Source: an uncultured Acidimicrobiia bacterium | Lineage (GTDB): Bacteria > Actinomycetota > Acidimicrobiia > Spongiisociales > JAOTWH01 | Direction: 5' to 3' | DNA length: 64,000 nucleotides | Assembly: GCA_964195995.1 (NCBI GenBank) | Contig: CAXMQS010000036.1 | Location: forward strand, 31,116 to 95,115 | In this document: positions 1-8,996 of the stretch, one piece after another | Numbering within the stretch: the first letter of the stretch is position 1 | Layout of the letters: each line of letters opens with the position of its first letter | Notes under the pieces: generated by a model | Told to the model about the DNA's origin: nothing | Seen by the model: the letters and a program-made list of their open reading frames with translations, nothing else | The model's database searches: none | Translations under genes and position numbers: made by a program

Positions 1-180
1 CTGTTGACCGAGCGTATCGACCACCTCACCGAGCACTTGAAGGATCACAAAGGTGACCATCACGGCCGTAGAGGACTGTTGATCATGGTGGGACGGAGGC
101 GCCGGCTCCTCGACTACTTGAACTCCAAGGACGTCGAGCGGTATCGAAACCTCATCGCCCGATTGGGGCTGCGGAGGTAA
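1..180 (+). CDS. rpsO: 30S ribosomal protein S15, C-terminal part (5' end outside window)
   Basis: Frame 1 translates to [58 protein letters not shown], a typical S15 C-terminus. It sits immediately upstream of pnp, the conserved rpsO-pnp arrangement. Confidence 0.8.
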   Translation: MLTERIDHLTEHLKDHKGDHHGRRGLLIMVGRRRRLLDYLNSKDVERYRNLIARLGLRR

Positions 181-190
181 TCAGCTCAGG

Positions 191-228
191 AAGGCCACCC
201 GGCCTTCTCTCGACCGGAGGGACTCCGG
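191..228 (+). promoter_or_regulatory. rpsO-pnp intergenic stem-loops (rpsO terminator / pnp leader structure)
   Basis: Inverted repeats aaggcc-accc-ggcctt (191-206) and ccggag-gga-ctccgg (214-228) lie between the rpsO stop and the pnp start. This is the position of the pnp leader hairpin in other bacteria. Confidence 0.4.
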
Positions 229-322
229 CCGGTTGTCAGTGGCGACGTCTCGCCAGCACCTTGCGAGGCGTGACCACTGTCAATCAGTCGCCGTCTCCCT
301 CCCCAAAAACATAGGAGACAGA

Positions 323-2785
323 GTGTCTGAACACACAGTGTCAGGCTCCGTGGGTGGCAAAGAGCTCACCCTCAACACCGGCAAGCTTGCCTTGCTGGCC
401 GACGGAGCCGTAGTCGTCACCATGGGTGACACCGAGGTCCTCGTGACCGCAACCGCATCGCGCGGAATGCGGCCCGGCCAGGACTTCTTCCCACTAACAG
501 TCGATGTCGAAGAGCGCATGTACGCCGTTGGCAAGATCCCCGGCTCGTTCTTCCGTCGTGAGGGCCGAGCGACCGATCGCGCGACTCTCACCTGCAGGCT
601 CATCGACCGTCCGCTGCGTCCATCGTTCCGCGATGGCTATATGTCGGAGACCCACGTCGTGGCGACTGTTCTGGCCGTCGACGGCGAGCTGGATTACGAC
701 GTGCTCGCCCTCAATGGAGCGTCGGCCGCACTGACCATCAGCGGACTTCCGTTCGAAGGACCGATCGGCGCCATCCGGTTGGCCCTCAAAGATGGCAACT
801 GGATCGCCAACCCCACATACGAAGATCTCGGTGAGAGCGTCTTCGAGATCGTGGTGGCCGGCACTCGCAATGCCGACGGCGCTATCGACATCAACATGGT
901 CGAGGCCGGAGCGACCGAAGAGGGCTACCGGCTCGTACAGGCCGGTCAGCCTGCTTCCAACGAAGAGAGCGTCGCTCAGGGCCTTGAAGAGGCCAAGACA
1001 TACATCGCCGAGAGCATTGATCTGCAGCTCGCCCTAAAGGCGAAGCTCGGCGACATCGCTGAAGTCGAGCTCGCAACAGTCGAGACCTACAGCCCCGAGA
1101 TCTTGGAGCAGGTCAAGAGCCATGTCGGCTCCTCCGTCTCCGAGGCGGCGACCATCGCCGATAAGAAGGAACGCAAGGACGCTGAGAAGAAGGCTCTCGA
1201 AGGCGCCATTGAGGCCATGGGCCTCGCCGAGGACGACGTCGATGGGCGCAAGCAGGCCGCAGCTGCGTTCAAGTCGGTATCCAAGGAGGCCATGCGCAGA
1301 CGTGTCATCGACGACGGCATCCGGCTTGACGGCCGCAAGCCAGACGAGATCCGCGAGCTGTCCGCAGAGGTTGGGCTGATCAATCGCACCCACGGCACCG
1401 GCCTGTTCCAACGTGGACAGACCCAGGTCCTTTCGGTGGCGACACTCGGCATGCTGCGCATGGAACAGATGCTCGACACGATCCATCCGGAAGAGTCGAA
1501 GCGCTACATGCACCACTACAACTTCCCGCACTACTCCACAGGAGAGACCGGGTTCATGCGTGGTCCCAAGCGCCGTGAGATTGGCCACGGGTTCCTCGCC
1601 GAGAAGGCGCTGCTTCCGGTGATCCCCAATGCAGACGACTTTCCGTACGCCATCCGTGTGGTCTCGGACGTCATGACTTCCAACGGCTCGACATCGATGG
1701 CGTCCGTTTGTGGATCCAGCCTGTCGCTGATGGACGCCGGTGTTCCGATCGCCGCCCCAGTCGGCGGCATTGCCATGGGCCTCATCGCTCATGACGACGG
1801 GTTCATCACGCTGACGGACATCCTCGGAGCCGAGGATGCCCTTGGCGACATGGACTTCAAGGTGGCAGGGACGGCGGACATGATCACCGCCCTCCAGCTC
1901 GACACCAAGATCGCCGGGTTGCCGGCCGATGTGCTCATCGGGGCACTGGCGGCGGCCAAGGTGGCCCGCCTTCAGGTGTTGGCTGCCATGGCAGAGGCGC
2001 TCCCGGCCCCTCGTGAGGAGCTCAACAAGAACGCTCCACGCATCGAGGCTGTCAGCATTCCCAAGGACAAGATCGGCGAGATCATCGGGCCCAAGGGCAA
2101 GATGATCCGCGAGATCGAAGAGCTCACCGGCGCCACCCTCGACATCGAGGACGACGGCACCGTCATCATCGGTGCGGTCAGCGGCGAAGAGCTCGAGGCG
2201 GCGAAGGAGAAGGTCCTCGAGATCGCCTTCCCTCCAGACGTCGAGCTCGGAGAGGTGTACGACGGCGAAGTTGTGAACATCACCAAGTTCGGTGCCTTCA
2301 TCAACCTGATCGCCAACCGCGACGGCCTGCTCCACATCTCCAAGATGGGTGGCGGCCGCCGTATCGAGAACGTCGAGGACGAGTACACGATGGGCGACAA
2401 GATCAAGGTCATCGTTCGCGAGATCGATGACCGCGGCAAGGTCAGCCTCGACCTCGCAGACGCCCCCCAGGGCGGCGGCGACAAGCCGGCCAGAGAGAGC
2501 GGCAACGGCGACCGCGGTCGCTCCGGCGGCGGCGGTCGTGATCGTGAGCCCCGTGGCGGCGGTCGTGATCGTGGCGGCGACGGCGGCGGACGCGAATCCG
2601 GCGGCGGCGGTGGCGGACGCGAGTCCCGCGGCGGCGGTCGTGATCGCGACGGTGGCGGCAGGGGCCGCGACCGTGGCGGCGATAGCGGCGGCAGCCGCGA
2701 CACCGGAGGCGACAGCAAGCCCGCAGGCGGCAAGGCCCGCAAGCAGGTGTCCTTCTCCGACGAGTTCGACGCCGGCGAGAAGTAG
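323..2785 (+). CDS. pnp: polynucleotide phosphorylase with an Arg/Gly/Asp-rich low-complexity C-terminal extension
   Basis: The long ORF shows the RNase PH-like domains, KH domain and S1 domain (…GEVVNITKFGAFINLIANRDGLLHISK…). The probable start is GTG at 323, preceded by GGAGA at 314-318, and the product begins VSEHTVSGSVGGKELTLNTGKLA. The listed ORF start at 233 is likely too early. Confidence 0.9.
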   Translation: MSEHTVSGSVGGKELTLNTGKLALLADGAVVVTMGDTEVLVTATASRGMRPGQDFFPLTVDVEERMYAVGKIPGSFFRREGRATDRATLTCRLIDRPLRPSFRDGYMSETHVVATVLAVDGELDYDVLALNGASAALTISGLPFEGPIGAIRLALKDGNWIANPTYEDLGESVFEIVVAGTRNADGAIDINMVEAGATEEGYRLVQAGQPASNEESVAQGLEEAKTYIAESIDLQLALKAKLGDIAEVELATVETYSPEILEQVKSHVGSSVSEAATIADKKERKDAEKKALEGAIEAMGLAEDDVDGRKQAAAAFKSVSKEAMRRRVIDDGIRLDGRKPDEIRELSAEVGLINRTHGTGLFQRGQTQVLSVATLGMLRMEQMLDTIHPEESKRYMHHYNFPHYSTGETGFMRGPKRREIGHGFLAEKALLPVIPNADDFPYAIRVVSDVMTSNGSTSMASVCGSSLSLMDAGVPIAAPVGGIAMGLIAHDDGFITLTDILGAEDALGDMDFKVAGTADMITALQLDTKIAGLPADVLIGALAAAKVARLQVLAAMAEALPAPREELNKNAPRIEAVSIPKDKIGEIIGPKGKMIREIEELTGATLDIEDDGTVIIGAVSGEELEAAKEKVLEIAFPPDVELGEVYDGEVVNITKFGAFINLIANRDGLLHISKMGGGRRIENVEDEYTMGDKIKVIVREIDDRGKVSLDLADAPQGGGDKPARESGNGDRGRSGGGGRDREPRGGGRDRGGDGGGRESGGGGGGRESRGGGRDRDGGGRGRDRGGDSGGSRDTGGDSKPAGGKARKQVSFSDEFDAGEK

Positions 2786-2811
2786 AAGACAGGCCATAGG
2801 CCATAAGGAAG

Positions 2812-2840
2812 AAAGCCCTCTCGGAAACGAGGGGGCTTTC
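2812..2840 (+). terminator. rho-independent terminator-like hairpin after pnp
   Basis: aaagccctctcg-gaaa-cgagggggcttt is a GC-rich stem with one G-U pair. It is followed by the T-containing run cttctat. Confidence 0.55.
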
Positions 2841-2903
2841 TTCTATGGCCCCCTCCCGAGGGTGGCGACTATCAGGGGGGAGAGCCTCCTCCTCCCGCCG
2901 TTC

Positions 2904-2954
2904 GACCCCCTCCGACCTCGCTTAGCTCGGCCATCCTCCCCCTGAAGGGGGAGG
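2904..2954 (+). repeat. GC-rich double-hairpin repeat unit (copy A, type 1)
   Basis: gaccccctccgacc-tcgcttagctcgg-ccatcctccccctgaagggggagg. The 3' hairpin cctccccc-tgaa-gggggagg (2935-2954) abuts the ATG at 2955. Related copies occur at 16636, 21458(-), 34577 and 37948/38172. Confidence 0.7.
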
Positions 2955-4733
2955 ATGGGCTCCTTGCCTCCGTACTCTCATCAGTTCATGAAGGTCCTCG
3001 ACCCCTCCATCAGGCCCGGCCTGTCGCTGATTCGCACCACCCTCCTCGGGTATAGGTGGGAGGCGGCGCGGGCTATCAGCGGGGCGCTGCTGTGGATGGC
3101 CACCGTTGTGTCAATCCCGCTGATGACGAGACACATCATCGACCGGTCCATCCTGGCCGACCGCGGCTCCGTGCTCGGCGCGCTCGTTCTCGGGCTGTTG
3201 GGACTTGGCTTTCTGCAGGGAGTTGGCATTGGTGTCCGCAGGTACTTCGGCTTCCGCCTCTCGTATAGGGCCGAAGCCGATCTCCGCAATCACATGTTCG
3301 AGCAGGTGCAACGCCTCAGCTTTCGCTTCCATGACGAGGCCAGCACCGGCCAGCTGATGGCCAGGGCGTCGAGCGACCTATCGCAGATGAGGCTGGTCCT
3401 CGCCATGACGCCCATAACGGTCGCCAACATCGGCATGTTCTTGGCGGTGATCACCGTCTTTGTCGTGCTTGATCCTGTCTTGGGCCTTGTGGCCTCGCTC
3501 ACCGTTCCGATCCTCGGCTTGAGCGCCCGTGGCTACGCCAAGCGCGTCATCAAGCTGTCTTTTGACGTCCAGCAGCGCCTTGCCGACCTCAGCGAGGTGG
3601 TGGAGGAAGCTATCGGTGGCATTCAGGTCACGAAGTCACACGGCCAGGAGGACCAGGAGCAGGGCAAACTCGACCACGCCGCCGACCGCATCCTGGACGA
3701 CCAGATCGCGCTGGCCCGCATCCGATCGGTCTTCACCCCGCTGTTCGAGCTCATCCCATCCCTGGGGACCGTCGCGGTGCTGTGGCTCGGCGGCACCCGC
3801 GTTATCAACGGGCAGGTCAGCCTTGGCGAGTTCGTGGCCTTCACTCAATATCTCGGCGTCCTCATGTTCCCGTTGCGCATCACGGGCTGGTTCTTCGCCC
3901 AGGTTCCGAGAGCTGGTGCTGCAGGAACCCGCATCAGCCAGCTGTTCTCCGAAGCTCCAGATATCGCAGATCCCCGCCACCCTGAGACACTGCAGCCGGG
4001 TCCCGGCGAAGTCAGGCTGACCGGTGTCTCCTTCGCCTACCCCGACGGCACCGGCGTGCTGGACAACATCGATCTCACCATCCCTGGCGGGACATCGGTT
4101 GCCCTCGTCGGCGCCACCGGCGCCGGCAAGACCACGCTCTCCTTCCTCATCCCGCGCTTCTACGACGTCGACGAGGGGACCGTTGCCATAGATGGTGTCG
4201 ACGTCCGCCGAATTCAGCTGGCCGACCTGCGCCGAGAGGTCGCCCTGGTGTTCCAGGAGACGTTCCTGTTCTCAGCCTCGGTCAGGGACAACATCGCCTT
4301 CGGCCGTGCCGACGCCTCCGACGAACAGGTGCGCTTGGCGGCCCGCCTGGCGCAGGCCCACGATTTCATCATGGATCTGCCCGATGGATACGACACGGTC
4401 GTGGGCGAGCGCGGTCACTCGCTCTCTGGAGGACAGCGCCAGCGGGTGGCTCTGGCCCGCGCCGTCCTGCGCGACCCGCGGGTCCTCATCCTCGACGACG
4501 CCACCTCGTCTGTTGACGCCATCGTCGAAGCCGAGATGCTTACAGCTCTGGAGCGGGTGATGGCGGGCAGAACCACGGTCATCATCGCCCACCGCACCTC
4601 GACGCTGGCGCTGGTCGATCGGGTCGTCTTCCTTGACGAGAGCGGCATAGCGGCCGTTGGTCCTCACGCCGAGCTGGTCCGCACCGTTCCCAGGTACGCC
4701 GAGGTGCTGGCTCAGGAGGAGTCCCTCAGATGA
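2955..4733 (+). CDS. ABC transporter, fused permease/ATP-binding subunit (heterodimeric exporter, subunit 1)
   Basis: Six-TM N-terminal domain followed by an NBD with Walker A GATGAGKTT, signature LSGGQRQR and Walker B ILILDDATS. 4-nt overlap with the next gene. Confidence 0.85.
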   Translation: MGSLPPYSHQFMKVLDPSIRPGLSLIRTTLLGYRWEAARAISGALLWMATVVSIPLMTRHIIDRSILADRGSVLGALVLGLLGLGFLQGVGIGVRRYFGFRLSYRAEADLRNHMFEQVQRLSFRFHDEASTGQLMARASSDLSQMRLVLAMTPITVANIGMFLAVITVFVVLDPVLGLVASLTVPILGLSARGYAKRVIKLSFDVQQRLADLSEVVEEAIGGIQVTKSHGQEDQEQGKLDHAADRILDDQIALARIRSVFTPLFELIPSLGTVAVLWLGGTRVINGQVSLGEFVAFTQYLGVLMFPLRITGWFFAQVPRAGAAGTRISQLFSEAPDIADPRHPETLQPGPGEVRLTGVSFAYPDGTGVLDNIDLTIPGGTSVALVGATGAGKTTLSFLIPRFYDVDEGTVAIDGVDVRRIQLADLRREVALVFQETFLFSASVRDNIAFGRADASDEQVRLAARLAQAHDFIMDLPDGYDTVVGERGHSLSGGQRQRVALARAVLRDPRVLILDDATSSVDAIVEAEMLTALERVMAGRTTVIIAHRTSTLALVDRVVFLDESGIAAVGPHAELVRTVPRYAEVLAQEESLR

Positions 4734-6496
4734 CCACCGACACAGGGCGTCAGCGCACCGGGCGTTTGCTGCGTAGGGCTGTGATCCTGGATCGTTCGCT
4801 GGCGCGCCCAGCAGCCATCGCGCTGTCCGCCACCATCGTCGCCACCGTTGCTCGCCTCCTGGGGCCGCTGGTCGTCCGCTCTGGCATCGACGACGGCATC
4901 GCGAACAGCGACACCGGCGCCATCACTACCGCTGCGATCGCGTTCTCGGTGCTGCTGGTGGCGCAGTACCTGGCTCAGCGGTGGGCGCAGTTCGGTGTTT
5001 CATCATTGGGAGAGCTCTACCTGCGAATGTTGCGCAGCCGGGTCTTCCGCCACCTCATGGACCTCGATATGGCGTTCTACGGGCGCTCCAAGGCCGGCGT
5101 CCTGGTGAGCCGGATGACCAACGACATCGAGTCGCTCTCCGAGTTCGTTGAGGAGGGTGCCGTCAGCTTGGTCACCAACCTCCTGACCATCGCCGGCGTT
5201 GCCGTCGCCATGCTGCTCGTCGATGTTCCGGTCGCCCTCGCCGTTTTCGCCCTGATCGTGACCCTTGGACTCATCTCACGCATCTTTCAGAAGTTCGCCG
5301 CCCGCGCCTACCAGGAGGTCCGAGAGCAGATCGGCCGGGTGCTCGCCGGCCTCCAGGAGGGCATCACCGGAGTGAGGGTGGTGCAGGCCTTCACCCAAGA
5401 GCAGGAGCAGGCGGGGAGCTTCGGCGGGGTCAACGAGGCCTACTACGAGGCCAACATGCGGGCGGCTCGCCAGATCGCCTGGTACTTCCCGACCGTCGCC
5501 TTCTTCCGCACGGCCGGCGTCGGCGCGCTGCTTTTCGTAGGTGGAAGGCGGGTCATCTCGGGTGACATGTCCTTCGGGTCACTCGTTGCGATGTTGATGT
5601 ACCTGGACTGGTTCTTCCAACCGATCATCAATCTGTCAAACACCTACAACCAGATGCAGTCGGCGGCAGCAGCGCTGGCCAAGCTCTTCCGCTTGATGGA
5701 CACCGCTCCCACCGTCGTGGCCCCAGCCGACGGAGGGGTGCTGCTACCCAATCCCCTGAGCGGGGAGATCGTCTTCGAGGATGTGTCGTTCTCTTACGAC
5801 GGCGTAACGCCGGTCATCAACGGAGTCGACCTCGTGATCCCACCTGGGGAGAGGGTGTCTGTCGTCGGCGAGACCGGCGCCGGCAAGTCCACGTTGGCGC
5901 GTCTGGCACTCCGCTTCTACGATCCAACCGCGGGAACCGTCCGCCTCGACGGCGTTGATCTGACAGGCGTCAGTAACGCCGAGCGAGCCCGGCACGTCGT
6001 TCTGATTCCCCAGGAGGGCTTCCTTTTCAACGGGACGCTGCGCGACAACCTGCGCTACGCCCGAGCGGACGCCACCGATGAAGAGCTGTGGGATGTGTGC
6101 CGCACGATCGGCATCGACGACTGGGTCCACGATCTTCCCGAACGCATGGACACGCTGGTACGAGAGCGCGGCGGTCGGTTCTCGGCAGGGGAGCGACAGC
6201 TCGTGGCACTAGCCAGAGCGCTTCTCGCCGACCCCGAGGTCATCGTCCTCGACGAGGCCACCTCCAACCTCGACCCCGAGACCGAGGCCAGGGTCGAGCG
6301 AGCTCTAGCGACCCTGCTCGAGGGGCGGACCGCCATCGTCATCGCCCACCGCTTGCGCACCGCCGAGAGCTCCGACCGGGTGCTGATGGTCGGCGACGGT
6401 CGAGTGATCGCCGATGGCGCCCACGCCGACCTCGTGAACTCCAGCGTCGAGTACGGCGAGCTGGTGTCGGTGTGGGAGCGGGGGATCCTGCGATGA
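4730..6496 (+). CDS. ABC transporter, fused permease/ATP-binding subunit (heterodimeric exporter, subunit 2)
   Basis: TM domain plus NBD with GETGAGKST, FSAGERQ and VIVLDEATSNLD. Translationally coupled to the upstream paralogue. Confidence 0.85.
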   Translation: MTTDTGRQRTGRLLRRAVILDRSLARPAAIALSATIVATVARLLGPLVVRSGIDDGIANSDTGAITTAAIAFSVLLVAQYLAQRWAQFGVSSLGELYLRMLRSRVFRHLMDLDMAFYGRSKAGVLVSRMTNDIESLSEFVEEGAVSLVTNLLTIAGVAVAMLLVDVPVALAVFALIVTLGLISRIFQKFAARAYQEVREQIGRVLAGLQEGITGVRVVQAFTQEQEQAGSFGGVNEAYYEANMRAARQIAWYFPTVAFFRTAGVGALLFVGGRRVISGDMSFGSLVAMLMYLDWFFQPIINLSNTYNQMQSAAAALAKLFRLMDTAPTVVAPADGGVLLPNPLSGEIVFEDVSFSYDGVTPVINGVDLVIPPGERVSVVGETGAGKSTLARLALRFYDPTAGTVRLDGVDLTGVSNAERARHVVLIPQEGFLFNGTLRDNLRYARADATDEELWDVCRTIGIDDWVHDLPERMDTLVRERGGRFSAGERQLVALARALLADPEVIVLDEATSNLDPETEARVERALATLLEGRTAIVIAHRLRTAESSDRVLMVGDGRVIADGAHADLVNSSVEYGELVSVWERGILR

Positions 6497-6816
6497 GTCT
6501 CGAAGACAGCCTGCGGACTCGTCGCGGCGAGCTGGCTGCCGAGCTCGACCGGCTCACCGAGCCTCCTGAGCCCGGAGCCGGCCTCGGCTTCGGGAAACGG
6601 GTAGGGGATGGCACCGCCGAGGCCGTTGAAAGGATCAGCTCGACCCTGACTGCCCGCTCTATCGCAGCGTCGCTGGCAGAGGTAGACCGCGCCCTGGAGA
6701 AATTGGCCGACGGAACCTACGGCACCTGCGACAACTGCGGCAAGGAGATCCCGGCTGCCCGCCTCGAGGCGATGCCGGCCAAGACGATCTGTGTGGAGTG
6801 TGCCGCCGGGGCCTGA
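6493..6816 (+). CDS. TraR/DksA-family C4-type zinc-finger protein
   Basis: ATG at 6493 overlaps the ABC stop. The C-terminal CDNCGKEIPAARLEAMPAKTICVECA zinc-finger motif follows an N-terminal coiled region (SLEDSLRTRRGELAAELDRL), as in the DksA/TraR fold. Confidence 0.7.
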   Translation: MSLEDSLRTRRGELAAELDRLTEPPEPGAGLGFGKRVGDGTAEAVERISSTLTARSIAASLAEVDRALEKLADGTYGTCDNCGKEIPAARLEAMPAKTICVECAAGA

Positions 6817-6901
6817 TCGACCTGTGGTTCCCGGACATCTCGCAGTGCATGGGTCTATCGGCCCTGGGTCTCGGCTGATTAGCTGTTAGACACTGACGCA
6901 G

Positions 6902-7786
6902 ATGCTGTCTCTGGTTGACCTCCATAAACGATTCGGTGATGTCGTCGCTCTCGACGGCGCCGGCTTCAACGTGGAACCCGGACGCATAGTCGGCTTCCTG
7001 GGTCCTAACGGGGCCGGCAAGACCACCGCCATGCGCTGTGTTCTCGGCCTGGTCTCGCCCGACCAAGGTGAAGTCCTGTGGAACGGGGCGACGCCCACTC
7101 AACCTGATCGACTGCGCTTCGGCTACATGCCCGAGGAGCGTGGCCTCTACCCGAAGATGAAGATCCGCGAGCAGCTGGTCTACTTCTCCGAGTTGTCTGG
7201 CCTCGGACGCTCGGCATCGGCCGCGGCAGCAGACGAGTGGCTGGAGAGGTTGAGCCTCACCGATCGCGCTAACTCCAAGCTCGAGGAGTTGTCGCACGGC
7301 AACCAGCAGCGGGTGCAGCTTGCCGTTTCGCTGGTACACAGCCCGGACTTGGCGGTGCTCGACGAGCCGTTTTCGGGGCTCGATCCGCTGGGGGTCGACA
7401 GCATGGCGGCCATCCTGCGGGAGCTGGCCTCGGCGGGCGTCGGCATCGTCTTTTCCAGCCATCAACTCGACCTCGTCGAGGACGTGTGCCAAGACGTTGT
7501 CATCATCAACCGCGGCCGCGTGGTGCTGGCGGGCACGCTGGACGAGCTTCGCAACCGGTCGGGGCATCTCTACCTGGGTGTCTCTGTTGACGGCCAGGAG
7601 TGGTCGCCTGAAATCGAGGGGATGGAGACGACGACGAGTGCGCAGGGAAGGCGTCGCTACGTCGTCGACGCCGGCGCACCGGTTGACCATGTGATGGCCC
7701 GAGCCATGGCGGACGGCGTCGTCACCAGGTTCGCCCTCGAACCTCCAAGCCTCACCGACCTCTTCCGCGAGGCGGTTAGCGGATGA
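6902..7786 (+). CDS. ABC transporter ATP-binding protein (ABC-2 type exporter)
   Basis: GPNGAGKTT Walker A, LSHGNQQRV signature, VLDEPFSGLDP Walker B. Confidence 0.85.
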   Translation: MLSLVDLHKRFGDVVALDGAGFNVEPGRIVGFLGPNGAGKTTAMRCVLGLVSPDQGEVLWNGATPTQPDRLRFGYMPEERGLYPKMKIREQLVYFSELSGLGRSASAAAADEWLERLSLTDRANSKLEELSHGNQQRVQLAVSLVHSPDLAVLDEPFSGLDPLGVDSMAAILRELASAGVGIVFSSHQLDLVEDVCQDVVIINRGRVVLAGTLDELRNRSGHLYLGVSVDGQEWSPEIEGMETTTSAQGRRRYVVDAGAPVDHVMARAMADGVVTRFALEPPSLTDLFREAVSG

Positions 7787-8967
7787 TCCGACAGGTGTTC
7801 CTGATCGCCAGGCGGGACTTCTTGCAGCGGGCACGCAGCAAGGCGTTCCTGGCCTCGATGCTTGTCATCGTGGGCTTGGTCCTAGTTATGGGCCCGCTCC
7901 TTTCCCTCCAGAACAGGGCGCCATCGCCATACGACATCGGGGTCGTTGGGGCAGAACCCGATGGGCTCGATGCCTCGCTGCACTCGGCCGTTCGGCTCTT
8001 CGACAGGCGAGCAGTCGTCCACCGCTACCAGTCTCTCGCAGCTGCCGAGGAGGCACTCGATGGGGGGAGCGTCGACGTGTTGTTGGTCGATGATCAAGAA
8101 GTCGTGTGGCGCGAGGAGGCGGATCCGCAGCTCGAGGCCGTCGTCGCTGCGGCCTTCGGCGATATCGATCGGCGCCGGGTCATGGCAGAGCTGGGCCTGA
8201 CTGAGGAGGAGGCTTCGCGGTTGCTGTCACCGGCGCAACAACGCGACAGCAGCACCCTGCAAGAACCCGACCCCGATGCCGACGCCAAGAAGATCGCCGC
8301 CTATGCCGGCAACGTCGTTCTCTACATCTCCATCCTGATGTTCGGCCAGTTCGTCCTCATGGGCGTTATGGAGGAGAAGTCGTCTCGAGTGGTCGAAGTC
8401 GTGCTGAGCCGGGCTCAACCCCGCCACCTGTTGGCCGGCAAGGTGCTGGGCATCGGCGCCCTCGGGCTCATCCAGCTCGTGGTGCTGATCGTGGCGGCGC
8501 TGGTGACGCTGAGCATGGCCGACATCGCCGACGTGGATGTGGCTGCCCTCGGTTTTCGCACGGCGGGCATCGTGCTGTTGTGGTTCTTCCTCGGCTTCGC
8601 GTTCTTCAGCGTGCTGTACGCAGGACTGGGAGCGACTATTTCTCGCCAGGAAGACCTGCAGGGTGTTGCCATGATCCCCGTGCTGTTCCTGTTGCCTGGT
8701 TACTTCATCTCGTTCATTGCTCTGGATGATCCAGAAGCCCTCATCGCCCGGATCGCGTCGATCGTCCCGCCGTTATCGCCTCTTGTGATGCCAATCCGCA
8801 CGATCGCTGGCTCCGTGCCGCCCGAGCAGGTGGCGCTGGCTGTGGCGCTGATCCTGTTGGCCACCTACGGGATCATTCGATTCGCCGGACGCGTCTACCG
8901 GGGTTCCATTCTGCGGATCGGCGCCAAGGTGCGCCTCCGAGAAGCATGGCGGGCCTCCAGGGGCTGA
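7783..8967 (+). CDS. ABC-2 family transporter permease with large extracytoplasmic loop
   Basis: An N-terminal TM helix is followed by a soluble loop of about 150 aa, then five hydrophobic helices. 4-nt overlap with the ATPase gene. Confidence 0.7.
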   Translation: MIRQVFLIARRDFLQRARSKAFLASMLVIVGLVLVMGPLLSLQNRAPSPYDIGVVGAEPDGLDASLHSAVRLFDRRAVVHRYQSLAAAEEALDGGSVDVLLVDDQEVVWREEADPQLEAVVAAAFGDIDRRRVMAELGLTEEEASRLLSPAQQRDSSTLQEPDPDADAKKIAAYAGNVVLYISILMFGQFVLMGVMEEKSSRVVEVVLSRAQPRHLLAGKVLGIGALGLIQLVVLIVAALVTLSMADIADVDVAALGFRTAGIVLLWFFLGFAFFSVLYAGLGATISRQEDLQGVAMIPVLFLLPGYFISFIALDDPEALIARIASIVPPLSPLVMPIRTIAGSVPPEQVALAVALILLATYGIIRFAGRVYRGSILRIGAKVRLREAWRASRG

Positions 8968-8996
8968 CGAGTAGTGTCGCCGCGGAAGGAGGAGAT

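Noticed and set aside
233-322. ORF-track start of pnp at 233 (MSVATSRQHLARRDHCQSV…)
   Set aside because: This extension covers the rpsO-pnp intergenic hairpins and has no Shine-Dalgarno. GTG at 323 with GGAGA upstream gives the canonical PNPase N-terminus.
1034-2797. 587-aa ORF antisense to pnp (and similar long antisense or overlapping ORFs at 6659-7834, 11090-11932, 12187-13008, 13234-14097, 14329-15150, 15897-16718, 22606-23224, 23288-23782, 35150-36199 and elsewhere)
   Set aside because: These are typical high-GC frame artefacts. They overlap well-supported genes on the opposite strand, have Arg/Pro/Gly-rich low-complexity translations and show no domain signatures.
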